NCBI RefSeq assembly: GCF_964355755.1
Contig: NC_092677.1
Coordinates: 3,432,101-3,496,100 of the forward strand
Length of the DNA stretch: 64,000 nucleotides
Direction: 5' to 3'
Origin: Antedon mediterranea
Lineage: Eukaryota; Animalia; Echinodermata
Part shown: positions 52,133 to 64,000 of the stretch, piece by piece
How positions within the stretch are numbered: position 1 is the stretch's first letter
Layout of the letters: every line of letters starts with the position of its first letter
Made by a program: the position numbers and the translations under genes
The notes under the pieces: generated by a model
Databases searched by the model: none
Told to the model about the DNA's origin: nothing
What the model saw: the letters and a program-made list of their open reading frames with translations, nothing else

Positions 52133-53271
52133 AATTAGGGGTTCTATTGTATCACTGCCCTAAAATGGGCCTAAAAGTTTAGCTGCTAAATACTGTAAAT
52201 AAATCATTACAAAAATATTAAGAAAGCCATTTATTTCACAGCAATTGTTGAATACGCCTCAATTAATCAATTATGCACTAAAACATAATCCAGTAATTTA
52301 TCCATTTGCATTAAAAGAAACAAGCGGCACAACAAAAGCACATTTATCTTCTTATTGACCATTAATTAGCATAATCAAAGCGGCGTTAATTGATCTTTGG
52401 TGATTAGGGGATCGTGGCTGCAGCGGACCGCTTTGTGATTGTCAACAATGGGCTTACAATGAGCTTATAAGCATCCATAAACAAACAATGGATTATGACA
52501 AAAAGAGGGCGGGAAGTAGGCCTACAATAAAATAGGTGTAATAATTCTCTAATATAATAAATTTAAAAAGCAATAAAATTTGTATATTAGTATTTAATAT
52601 TAGGCCAGCATTAGAGCACAATTTTACGGAATAAACTCATACTTGGAAAAACACCCTTGATTAAATTAATGACCTTTTTTTTTATTATAATTATAAAAAA
52701 TGCTTGTCGGATTGTTTTATAAGTACAGTATATTATCATAATGAATGTAATTTATACCATTTTTTATTTTATCATCGAAATAAAGATCGAAACTTTGAAT
52801 CATGGCTTGCCTCTCTCGCTATTTTGAGTCAGTTTTATATTATATAATAATAATTTATTGGCACTGCATTTTGTTATCAGTGGCACCCTTCAACTTGTGA
52901 AGGTGCGTCCAAAGTAAACAAAATATAACAAAGTACCATACTAAATGATTTGATAATGTGTTAGGCCTACTTTTGAAACAATTACCTACTACGTACCTAT
53001 GCTATTTTAAAACAATATATGCTTTATTATAATTATACAGGAACTCGTAATTGTTTTGAACAATATTAAACACTGGGAACATTCATACATTAGTCATAAT
53101 AGGCCTATGGTCAATAGATTATGATTAAAAAATAGTCAACACACCTCCAGTTAGCTCAAACGTGAGATACGTTCATGGTGAGACTCAGAATTGAATTAGC
53201 CCTCAATTAGCATTTCCTGTCACCAACTTTGGTGCTTAGTGCACATAATTATTATTGTTTTGTATTCACTT

Positions 53272-53312
53272 GATCTTGAAAATGGTTCTATGATGGTACC
53301 GAAACGTCGATC
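53272..53312 (+). ncRNA. Minimal type I hammerhead ribozyme-like motif 1 (Penelope-type)
   Basis: GATC-TTGAAAA-T-GGTTCTA TGA TGGTACC-GAAA-CGTC-GATC: stem I, core with U3-A8, stem II, GAAA, palindromic ACGT, GTC cleavage triplet. Confidence 0.65.
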
Positions 53313-53366
53313 TCTCTTTTTGTCATTAAATTTTATATTTAGTTGTTGTTTTATATTTTATTCATT

Positions 53367-53407
53367 GGACTTGATAATGACCCCATGATGGAGTCGAAAC
53401 GTCGTTC
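53367..53407 (+). ncRNA. Minimal type I hammerhead ribozyme-like motif 2 (Penelope-type)
   Basis: GGAC-TTGATAA-T-GACCCCA TGA TGGAGTC-GAAA-CGTC-GTTC; same architecture as motif 1 with compensatory stem changes. Confidence 0.65.
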
Positions 53408-53674
53408 TCTTTTAAGCGTTATTTTTATATTATAAATTTTATATTGAAGTTGAAATAAGCCTAATTTATTTCTCCATATGGTTTTACAACTCCATGTCAT
53501 ATCTGAAGAATATTTTAATTTATAGGTTTTTTAGAAAAAATATAAGTATGATTGTTTCTACTCCTTTTCATTAAATTGTATTGAATTATGAATATGAGTA
53601 AATGAATTTCAAATTTAAAATACAACGCCCTCTATTCACAGAAATCAACATTGAATTAATCAACAACAAACAAA

Positions 53675-53687
53675 CAAAATGGCAGCC
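53675..53687 (+). promoter_or_regulatory. YY1-like motif in MRPL17 5' region
   Basis: CAAAATGGCAGCC ~70 nt upstream of the ATG; close to the AANATGGCGGC YY1 consensus common near housekeeping start sites. Confidence 0.4.
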
Positions 53688-53755
53688 TACATGTGAAAGA
53701 AGAAAAGATTTAATTTGAACTGCAGCAAATAACACAAATATTTACGTTTTTCAAA

Positions 53756-54801
53756 ATGTTGCGACGTTTTAAACCATACAGGCGACTAGCCGGAGGTCCA
53801 AAGGAACGAATTAAGTTAATGCAAGGATTAGTTATGAACCTTGTAAAATACGAACGGCTCGAGACTACTTACGGCCTAGCGCACGAGACACAGAAATATG
53901 CAGAACGGGTAAATACTGCATGCAGCATATCGCATGCCTTTCTATAATGCGATGCCCAACAAGCGGTGACTTAGGCCTAGCGTTTTATAATGTTTTTAAT
54001 GTCAACAGACCTTTCACAAGTCCATTAATCATTTTTTAAATATATTTTATTTTAAAGAACTGATACAAAAATTGTAAACTAGCGTTAAATTAAAAAAATA
54101 TTTTAATAAATAATATTATTAAATCATAATGTTGTATTGTATTTTTGTTTCAGCTGATAAATGTTGCAAAAAAAGGTGATAGCGATCCAACAGCAATGAA
54201 ACTAGCAGACTATTACCTCTATGTAAGTGATGATCAGTGGCGTATAGTTGGGGGAAAGGCAACTGGTTTACTTTAGCACTCCTAGACTAGGCTTGTATTG
54301 TAATTGAAAACAAAATAAATTGTTGAGGAGGTTGAGGTAAACCCTAATTTTAATAGCATATATACAGCTGTACGGTACTTCAAATTAAATCATTGTGAAC
54401 ATTTTTTTTTTATTATTATTATAATTAAATTAAACTTAATTTTGATTGTCTCTTTGATCTTTCAGGAAAAACAATTAATTCACAAACTATTTAAAGTGTT
54501 AGTACCGCGGTTTGAAAGGAACAAATCTGGCCCGTACACGAGGCTACTCAAAGTTCCAGGTTATAATGAGAACGGAATCCCAACTGCTTTTATTGAATAC
54601 AAAGGAAATCCATACCCACCGCTAAGGCCCGAAAAAAAAAAGAATCCTGATTGGATAATAAATCAGCTGATTCGCGGAGCTATGGCCGATCTAAAGAACT
54701 CTGGGAAATTAGAAGCTAGTAGTGTAAAGCCGCCCTCTACGAAAGACATTGAGGGTGCGAATATTGCCGCTAAGAGTAGCAGTGAAGGTACAACAGTATG
54801 A
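53756..54801 (+). CDS. MRPL17: Mitochondrial ribosomal protein L17 (bL17m), ~185 aa
   Basis: Exons 53756-53908, 54154-54222, 54466-54801: RRLAGGPKERIKLMQGLVMNLVKYERLETTYGLAHETQKYAERLI...EKQLIHKLFKVLVPRF...YTRLL...AFIEYKGNPYPPL. Confidence 0.95.
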
Positions 54802-56289
54802 ATATGTTATTGGTTGATTTTCTTCTCTGTGTGAATAATAATTGGCTGTCCTAAAAATGTAGTAAATAAATAAAAATAATTCTATTACAAAAAAAATGCA
54901 GATTGGTTTGTTTCTGTTTGTAACTCAGAGGGCTACTTAATAACAACTTGCTGTATAGTGTTAAACTGCTCACAGGAAAATGTCCTCTTAGAGGCAAATT
55001 GACACAGACAAGCGGTAACATTAAGCGGAAAACCGCATAGCTTGTCCTAGTAGAATCTGTCCTTTGCGGAAACCGCCCATCCGCTCCACATTGTGTATAA
55101 AGGAATTGCACAGATCCTGTATTATTATTACCGTTTATTGTTCGTTTGTGTAAATTTGCCTTAACACAGGATTGTCGGCCTTAACAGAGTGTCCCAAACG
55201 AGGGGTTCAAATATATAAAGTTGAAATTTGCGTTGTAATAAAATAAAAAGTATGAAGTAGTTCTTAAATATTACAAACAAAATCGATAAAAAACATGTTA
55301 GCTTAAGATTGTTTATTACTATTATTAATTACAGTAATTAAAAATAATACTATGTGTATTGTCATAGCAATGTTGAGCATGCATTGTTACTACCAACTAC
55401 TACTGCATAAATCTTTCATTTCTAGTAATATAATTCTATTTTACAAATATGTAAATGAATAATAATATAACGATTGTTATCCATAAAATATAATAAAATA
55501 TGTATTGACATTTCCGAAGATCGCGAGATGGGCGTTAATTTTATTAATAATAAATAATATATAATATGCCCTCTCTGCATATACAGGATAATGTTATACA
55601 TTTAAAACAAACGTGTAATTAATTAACCACGTGCAAATTTACGAGGTTTACGTTCTTCAAGAATTACTGAAGTAATCTTGTTCTAAGATGGATTACTGAT
55701 ACAATATTTCAACTGGGTTGTGTGATCAACATTTAGGAACAAACAATTCAATTTTATTCCGTCAAGCACACTGGCTCGAAAATTGCCAACACATTGTATT
55801 GCGGGTTTTGAGTGAATTACTTGAATAAATCCGCGCTCTAACCAGAATTAAAAATGGTGTAGCTCAGTTACTGCATTTTTTAGAGTGTACGGTATTGGGA
55901 GCCTAAAAATAACTGTATCATCGGTTACATAAAAATTATAAAAACAAACTTGAGCTCTGTCGACACTATCAAACTTTATGTGACAAAAAAGTGTGATGTG
56001 CCCATATATGAAAATGATGATGTCATATCACTACCAAGTATATCACTACCATATTTGGGCACATCACACTTTTTTTGTCACATAAAGTTTGATAGTGTAG
56101 ACAGACAATTGTGAACATCTGGAATCAAATTACAATGCTGTTAGGTCAGCACCATAACATCATTTTTACATATTTATATTGGTAAATAACATAATCAGTG
56201 ATTATTGGACATACATAGACATATTTTGTGGCAGTTTTTTTTCTCTTTCCACCACAATATTTGTAATATTGTTATTGAGCCTTATGTTA

Positions 56290-56537
56290 GAGTCTGTTTC
56301 TGATGCGAAAAAATAACAGATTATTATAACTGTGTGGTAAAAATGTTCAATTACCGGTTAAATGGCAGCGTGAAAATAACAGTTAAAAAAAAAACGAATC
56401 AATTCCGTGCTGCCATGTAACCAGATGCTCACTGATTTTAAAACAATTTTGTCAGAGCACACATTTAGCAGAAATTTTTGTAATATTCTATTTTCTAATC
56501 TAAACGATTATTCATAGTTATGCAGCAGAAACAGACC
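56290..56537. mobile_element. MITE related to the 2092-2912 element
   Basis: GTCTGTTTCTGATGC ... GCAGCAGAAACAGAC inverted termini. Confidence 0.5.
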
Positions 56538-59500
56538 ATTGATTGAATCATTTTCAACCATCAAAAACACAATATTATAGAATACTTTAATTATAATACA
56601 TCGTTTATACGGGTACTGTGATGACAAAATCCTATCTTCTGGTCATACTCATTTAATATACATAAATATTTTTACAAAAAGTTAAATTTTAGTTCAAAAT
56701 ATTAAAATAAACCAACATAAATGTACAGTATAATAATATATAAATTTACAATGATAAAATAAAAATTTATTGAGGTAATTGAAAAAAAAATATGATTAAA
56801 TCATAAATTACAAAAAATGGTAGTGCTCTGTAAATAAAAATAAATACATTTAGCTAAATTATAACACCATATTTGGAATATTAAATCAGGGAGTTGTTTC
56901 ACGTTACTTAGATTTACAACTCCCAGTTAAATTCTTTAATTCACATTGTACGATTTCAAAAACATATAAAACTCTCTACAAAAAAAAAAACAACCCAAAA
57001 AACATTTGTGTGAAAAAAAAACAAATCAATATATTTAATTAAGTTTAAAACAGTTTTAAACTTACATTATTGCAACTTTAAAAAACATCTCTTTTTCTTT
57101 ATATTCAATATTATTTGAATAAATAAAACTTTGGCTGCTAGATCTAAAAATAGTAACAATTACTGTAGCATGTTACATACTGTACATTTAGTGTGTAGGT
57201 AATGGTAGGAGGATCAAACATTTTGAGAGGGTCGGTGGTGGTTTCATTATTTAAAAAAAGGTACCAATAAATAATTTACCAATCAAACTTAAGTGAGATA
57301 TTTCCCTTAAAATATTTTACTTAAATAGGATATTTTTCCAAATTTTAAGGATAAGTGTTTGCCTTAGCCTAAGTGTGAAGGTGAATACGGCCACTGGGCC
57401 TAAAGAATTTCGACCACAAGTGGCCACGCTATTTCCACAAAGCAATAAATTCTTTTTTGATTGTCTGCTACAGTTTTACTTGAGAAACCTTGGTATCAAA
57501 GCAATTCTGTAATAATAGTAATGCAAGAAGAGTTTGTCATCAGATGACCTATACTTGACCCATTTTATAGTTTTTCTTTGATTGTTTATTGTCTGTATTT
57601 TCAGTTGCTTTGAGCATACACAGTACTAAAACCAGGTCAGGCTAATTTTATGAGTGATATATTATTCATGTTTCATATATTTTGACAACAATCTAAGGAT
57701 GTCCATCCATACAGTTCTCATGACATATCAGCATTGAGATAACATTACCACAATACTTAAATATCTGAAGGTTATTGACATTGCTTAGTAATTCTATGGC
57801 TGTGAATAGTATAAGATAGGATTGTCTAACACCTTCATTTCAACTCTAACAGTATGATGTTTAGATCTATGGTAAAGGTCACATTGTCTTAACAGCAAAG
57901 TGTTCAGACTCGATTAACTAGCGCAAGAGTAAAATTAATTAATTGGTTGGAGGTCAAAATCATTGATACATGACTTCCGTATTATAAGCGTCGTACAGTA
58001 ATCTAGTACCTTGAGCTTTTGTAATGAAGGAACGGTCAGTTTCGTAAGAGGTGGCTTCCATTAATCTTTCCCTGGTTCAGAGTTGTACGCTTCGTACGAA
58101 ATGAAAGCATAATTCTGTTGGTCTGAACAGGCCCTTAGTGTTACAGACTACCACTTATAAACTAAATAAAAAAAATATGTCTGAAAAAGTATAAAAACAT
58201 CTCAGACACAAAATGTTATATTAAATAATGTATAAAACTTCTTAAGTTTATAAAATAGAGGGCGCTATAATGGTTTTGGTAGACTTTAGTAATTTTGTGA
58301 TACACTGAAGTTTATGTAATTTACTAAACCATTAATAGTGTAAAAATGTTTCCCTATTCCGATTAGCTTGTTGTGTTTCGCTTCAAAGCAAAATCAGCTG
58401 TTAACAGTTGTGTTTCCGCACCACATGACTACAAACCTAACATTTAAAATGACTTTTTGACTTGACAGCTGTGAAGTCTAGCACATTGGTGTTACATGAA
58501 ATTTAAAGGTTACTATTACTATCCTCCATGGAGGAATTGACCACTCCTACTACTAGGCAATTTCTTTTCCGCTCTGGAGATTTGTAAATTCCAAATTATC
58601 TTTCACTAAATAAATATACTGTAATAACCTTTGCACCCTGTAATGTAATACTTCAAATGCATAAATATTCATTGACATCAAAACAATTATATGAAGAAAA
58701 AAGTCAATTGTAAAAAACAACAGGACATAATTTGTGCTGCAAATTTTCGTACCACAGAAAACTGGTATTGTAACGTATATCTGCACAAAGTTTGATCGAA
58801 AAGTGTCAAACCATTCGTGGTGCCAAGAAAGGAACATCACTAACTAGTTATTAAAGGTTCTTCCACTGTTCAAAAAATGATCGTAGTGTCTTGTCTATTG
58901 AAACCAGGTATAGTAGACATGGGTTGAAATTATTCTTTACGATGAAAACATTTTTTTCACAATACTTGTTCTCCAGTTTTGTTGGCAGTGTAAAATGGCG
59001 TCTACTAGCTTGGTGACGGAATTGATAAAATAAAGTATTAAAATTTAGATATACTCGCTATAGGTCCTTGTATAGAAACCTTTTATATTGCACTTGCACC
59101 AACCTACGAAACCATGCTGTGAACTCCTTCATTTTAAGCGTTATTTGAGTAACAACGGTCATTTTTCTGTAATTACGATGAACGATCGCGGAAAAACATG
59201 ATCAGAGTCACAAACACGGTTTACAGGTTTCAACAAAACTTTTCTTGTCCCGCTTTCCTTTTCAATATGCAATGAATTTATGAAATCTGCAAAATTCTTA
59301 TTTTTTTCTCCTCTCTCCTTTTGTTTACCGTTTATTTTCAGCGATGAAGAATTTGTAAAAACCTGATGTCAGAACATTACAATTTTCGAACGTTTTCAAT
59401 TCCGTTTTTTTTCCCGCAATTGACTGCTCAAGCATGTAGTGAATCCCAACAGAAACGCTTTAGTACTGCCGTAGCAATTTTAGTTTAGAAACAATTGATA

Positions 59501-59862
59501 ACTTTATTCCATTCTCGTTTCATAATTTATCCAGGTTTTCGAGAGAAATTTTCAAATGCACAAATGTCCACATATATGACATACATCTGTTGTCAAAACT
59601 GATTTCATCATTTTCATAATATAATAAATAGAATTTTCTTATAAAAAATTCCGATTGTCATAATTCAAGCCAAATATTTAATCATTTGGCTACTGTACAA
59701 AATTCCATATTTGGCATTCTATTTATTAACCTATACAATTTTTTGTCTTGAGACAAATCAGACATTTAATAACGTACCTCGTTTGTTCTGGTTGAAATGC
59801 ACCACTGTAAAAGGCAAGACTGAGTTGGATATTCATGGGTTTGGTGGTAACATGGAGGATGA

Positions 59863-62800
59863 TTATGGCACCATTAGAGGAGGACGATGAATACCAGTGG
59901 ATGTGATGGCAGATGGTTTGGTTGGCTTGTGTACATTCATACTAACAATATTTGAACTGATCGTAAATAAAAATAGAAATTGTACCATTAGGATTAACAC
60001 ACAAGAATTAAATATACAGAGATAATAAAAATGCGTTTCGTAAATGGCCGTCGTTTCTTCACAGGTGAGTGTCCCCTATATGGAACCTCTATTCAGGGTG
60101 ACCCCTACTGAGGGGATACTTTCCTGTGAAATGAACAAGGAATTCATATTCAAGGTACACTCCATAAAGGGGACAGTTTGTTGGGTCCCCAAGGATGCCT
60201 AGTGTGTAAACATTATTGACATAATTTCCTTAAACATCCACATACAGTACAACTCTTCTTAACAATTTTTTCAATCTTCTATCAACTAAAAGTCGTAGTT
60301 AGTCATGTCTCGGGTCACATTTCTATGGTCACCGTACAGATAGGCTACTACTGTACATCAGTACTTCTATGAATGGATGACTAGTTGGTGACAAGAACGC
60401 TAGTTGGTCATACCCAGTACCGTTTTGATTTTACGATCATTCGGGAAACCACCCCACGGCATTTTTAGCATCTCTATCAAGTGGGTACACTGGTGGGTCC
60501 CAAAGGTGTCCCCTTAATAGAGGTTTTACTATACATGCATTTCAGTATTTCTATCAAGGGGACACTGGTGGGTCCCAAAGGTGTCCCCTTAATAGAGGTT
60601 TTACTATACATGCATTTCAGTATCTCTATCAAGGGGACACTGGTGGGTCACAAAGGTGTCCCCTTAATAGAGGTTTTACTGTACATGTATTTCAGTATCT
60701 CTATCAAGGGGACACTGGTGGGTCCCAAAGGTGTCCCCTTAATAGAGGTTTTACTGTACATGCATTTCAGTATTTCTATCAAGGGGACACTGGTGGGTCC
60801 CAAAGGTGTCCCCTTAATAGAGGTTTTACTGTACATGCATTTCAGTATTTCTATCAAGGGGACACTGGTGGGTCCCAAAGGTGTCCCCTTAATAGAGGTT
60901 TTACTATACATGCATTTCAGTATTTCTATCAAGGGGACACTGGTGGGTCCCAAAGGTGTCCCCTTAATAGAGATTTTACTGTACATGCATTTCAGTATTT
61001 CTATCAAGGGGACACTGGTGGGTCCCAAAGGTGGGTCCCAAAGGTGTCCCCTTAATAGAGGTTTTACTGTACATGCATTTCAGTATCTCTATCAAGGGGA
61101 CACTGGTGGGTCCCAAAGGTGTCCCCTTAATAGAGGTTTTACTGTACATACATTTCAGTATTTCTATCAAGGGGACACTGGTGGGTCCCAAAGGTGTCCC
61201 CTTAATAGAGGTTTTACTGTACATGCATTTCAGCATCTCTATCAAGGGGACACTGGTGGGTCCCAAAGGTGTCCCCTTAAAATGAGGTTTTACTGTACAT
61301 GCATTTCAGCATCTCTATCAAGGGGACACTGGTGGGTCCCAAAGGTGTCCCCTTAATAGAGGTTTTACTGTACATGCATTTCAGTATCTCTATCAAGGGG
61401 ACACTGGTGGGTCCCAAAGGTGTCCCCTTAATAGAGGTTTTACTGTACATGCATTTCAGTATTTCTATCAAGGGGACACTGGTGGGTCCCAAAGGTGTCC
61501 CCTTAATAGAGGTTTTACTGTACATGCATTTCAGCATCTCTATCAAGGGGACACTGGTGGGTCCCAAAGGTGTCCCCTTAATAGAGGTTTTACTGTACAT
61601 GCATTTTTAGCCTCTCTTACCTGCAAGGTTTCACCTCCTTTGATGCCACTTCTGCAAGGTCTGTTAAACTAAATTTGTGATAGGGATTTTTTATCTTGGT
61701 AAATTCTTCATTAATTTCAGTGGCTTTTTCATTATCCAGCACTCTGCTATTGTTATTGTCTTTAGTGTCTTCAATACAACCATCTAATAACAACCAAAGT
61801 GAACTGATTAACATAAAGCTTTATGTGACAAAATAATGTGATGTGCCCATATATGGACATGATAATGTCATATTACTACAATATTTGGGCATATCACTAC
61901 TATATTTGGGATCATCACACTTTTTTTTGTTAAACTAGTTTGATAGTGTAGACAGAGCTTAATACCACTAGAACATCGACTTTAATGAGGAAGTTCGTGT
62001 TAAAACCACTCGGCCATGGAAGAATCACCTACTGCAGATTTCGACGAAAAACTTAAATATTTTATTTTGTAAATTTTACCTTCTAATCGTGGAACTAAGT
62101 GGATAATGGCCGATTTCTTTGCCTTTCGTTTACGGCTTCCTTTTATTTCTGGTTCAAACTTTCTTGGTTTAATTATAGCTGAAAATAGAAAGCATTATGA
62201 TATGAGGGTCGATTCAAGTTGGAGATGGAGTAAGTGCAGAATCTGTTTGGGCTTTAGCCTATTCTCATTCCTGGTTATTTTTACATTGATGACCGAATAA
62301 TTATTATTATTATTAAATTTCAATTTAAGAACAACTACAGTAGAACTTCTATTCAGGGGACAACATTCGGACCAATTGTCCCCTTAATAGGGATGTCCTC
62401 TGAATAGGAGTCGGCCGTAGTGTTAAATTGTATACTGTGTTGGTTTACAGGAAAGTGCCTTAATAGGAGGGTCTTTTAAGTGGAGTGTCCTCTGAAAACA
62501 GGTGTCCATACGTGTCCCTTAATAGGGGTGTCTCTTAAGTGAGATGTTCCCTGAATAGGGGTGTCCAAAATGATGAGTTTCACTGTAAAAATAAGTTTAA
62601 GAATGAATAACAATTTACCATTTTCGTTCTTGTTCTTATGTTTACCATCTTTTCTGAAAAACATGGCGTTCTTGTACATTTTGGCGCTCTTCTTTGATCG
62701 TTGGGCTTTGGTCTTGGGTCGGAACTGATCCATGGACAACTGAGGTAACGCTGCTAATTTTGCCTCGATATTTATTTCTCCATAATCACTAGAGAAACAA

Positions 62801-63786
62801 AATTTAAATTGGTTATACATTTACTTTAACCAATGGTTAGTTCGTCTATTTTTTCTTAAGCTCTGCCTACATCACCTTTTTTGTCACATAAAGTTTTGAA
62901 GCTCTGTCTACACTATCAAAGTTATGTGACAAAAGAATTTGATGTGCCCATATATGGACATGATGATGTCATACCACTACCATATTTGGGTATATCACTA
63001 CCATATTTGGGCACATCACACTTTTTTGTCAAACTAGTTTGATAGTGTGGACAGAGCTTTCGTCTTAGTGTAAACTTACATAATGTTTGAACCACACCCA
63101 CTGATTGTCCTCCTCCGCCTCTTTTTACCAGTTTTCTGCCATTTCTCTATTTCTTGCTCGAAAATCATATCTTCCTCGTCGGTAAAAGTTGTGTTCTCAT
63201 GCCGCCACGTCTTCTTACAGTTGAAAGGTCGTTCTTGACGTTGCAACGTCTCCAACATCCCTTCCATTACAAACTCACGATAAAGACGCCCTTTGCACGA
63301 CCGCGATGACTGTCTCCGTCTTGGAGTCCCACTCTCATCATCAGAAATTTGATCGTTGTCTGATTTGATCTTTGTGCCGTCATCGTCCATGTCTTGTACG
63401 TCTAACCTATCGTCGCAATCCGCATCGTTTTCATCTAATGAATTCGGTTTGCTTTTACTTGCGCTTTTGTCTGTTTCTTTCTCCTTACTCTTGGATTTCT
63501 TTTTCTTCTTTCCTTTACCTTTCATCTTTGATCCTGCTTTCTGACACTCTTCATCTTTTGAACAATCAGAAGTTTCCTTATTTTTTATATTGTCTTTTTT
63601 ATCTAAACGTTTTTTACTGTGACAGTCTTTCTTTCTCTTTTTCTTGCACGACCCATGTGCAGAGGCAACATCTTCATCATCACTTTGTTCACATTTTGTG
63701 GAAGAATTTGGACTTTTCTTGCTCTCATACTGTTCCTTCTCCTTCCGTTTCATCATAACTGACATTGGCAGGCGATCAGAGCACAT
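59863..63786 (-). CDS. BBX: BBX (bobby sox) HMG-box transcription factor-like, 3' exons only
   Basis: Exons 63786-63080, 62788-62619, 62178-62080, 61783-61621, 59956-59863, phase-consistent. Motifs SSRSCKGRLYREFVMEGMLETL, IEAKLAALPQ and SRKRKAKKSAIIHLV match, in order, BBX C-terminal motifs recalled as SRSCKGALYKTLVSEGML, FEKKFNSLPQ, SKRKARKTKITHLV. HMG box lies outside the window; last exon less certain. Confidence 0.8.
60471..61607. repeat. 75-bp tandem array (~15 units) of hairpin-forming mini-MITE C units
   Basis: Unit CAGTATCTCTATCAAGGGGACACTGGTGGGTCCCAAAGGTGTCCCCTTAATAGAGGTTTTACTGTACATGCATTT. Confidence 0.97.
62338..62585. mobile_element. MITE family C, full-length copy (Tc1/mariner/pogo-like)
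   Basis: TA|CAGTAGAACTTCTATTCAGGGGACA ... GAGTTTCACTG|TA; internal GTGTCCCTTAATAGG repeats. Confidence 0.75.
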
Positions 63787-63816
63787 CTAAAAAAAAAACC
63801 ACATATGGCATATTAG

Positions 63817-63925
63817 TAGTTGTGTGGTGTTGGGGGTTATGATGTTTGGCTACCAATTCAAGGGTCCTGGGTTCAAGTCCTGTCATATGTCAGGATTTTT
63901 TCTAATGACAATTTACAACTCCACT
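63817..63925 (+). mobile_element. Degenerate tRNA-derived SINE head
   Basis: B-box-like GGGTTCAAGTCC preceded by decayed tRNA-like sequence. Confidence 0.4.
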
Positions 63926-64000
63926 CCTAAAGACTTGTAATAAGACTTTGTTTATGTAGAGGATCTTGTGTTTATGTTTGTCTTAAGAACAGGATTGACA

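Noticed and set aside
59770-59785. Donor-like GAG|GTACGT ~85 nt after the BBX stop (possible NMD-triggering 3' UTR intron)
   Set aside because: No convincing downstream acceptor could be identified, and the last-exon model is itself uncertain.
60481-61610. 291-aa and overlapping repetitive ORFs (GTLVGPKGVPL...)
   Set aside because: Translation of the 75-bp MITE-derived satellite inside a BBX intron; not collagen-like Gly-X-Y.
63356-63758. Plus-strand ORFs of 62 and 128 aa
   Set aside because: Antisense to the Lys/Asp-rich BBX exon.

Overview
AT-rich, intron-containing animal genomic DNA, probably a marine invertebrate (taxon cannot be fixed from sequence alone). Six host genes were reconstructed exon by exon with GT-AG boundaries and consistent phases: LPCAT1/2-type acyltransferase (-, 3' end outside window), an SLC16/MCT-type MFS transporter (+), a two-pore K+ channel (+), a PR/SET-domain six-finger C2H2 protein with an eh1-like motif (-), MRPL17 (+) and the 3' part of a BBX-like gene (-). 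Introns and intergenic DNA are dense with non-autonomous DNA transposons (PIF/Harbinger-like, Tc1/mariner-like and Kolobok-like), 5'-truncated LINEs and young tandem arrays, several built from MITE pieces. Most notable observations: a tandem pair of minimal hammerhead-ribozyme-like motifs with covarying stems (53272-53407); a 45-bp array that multiplies a real splice acceptor into eight decoy AG|GTACGT sites (43939-44360); an intronic tRNA-like gene with an ATC anticodon; apparent transposon excision footprints; and convergent CTCF-like motifs bracketing genes. All coordinates were read by eye and repeat boundaries may be off by a few bases.
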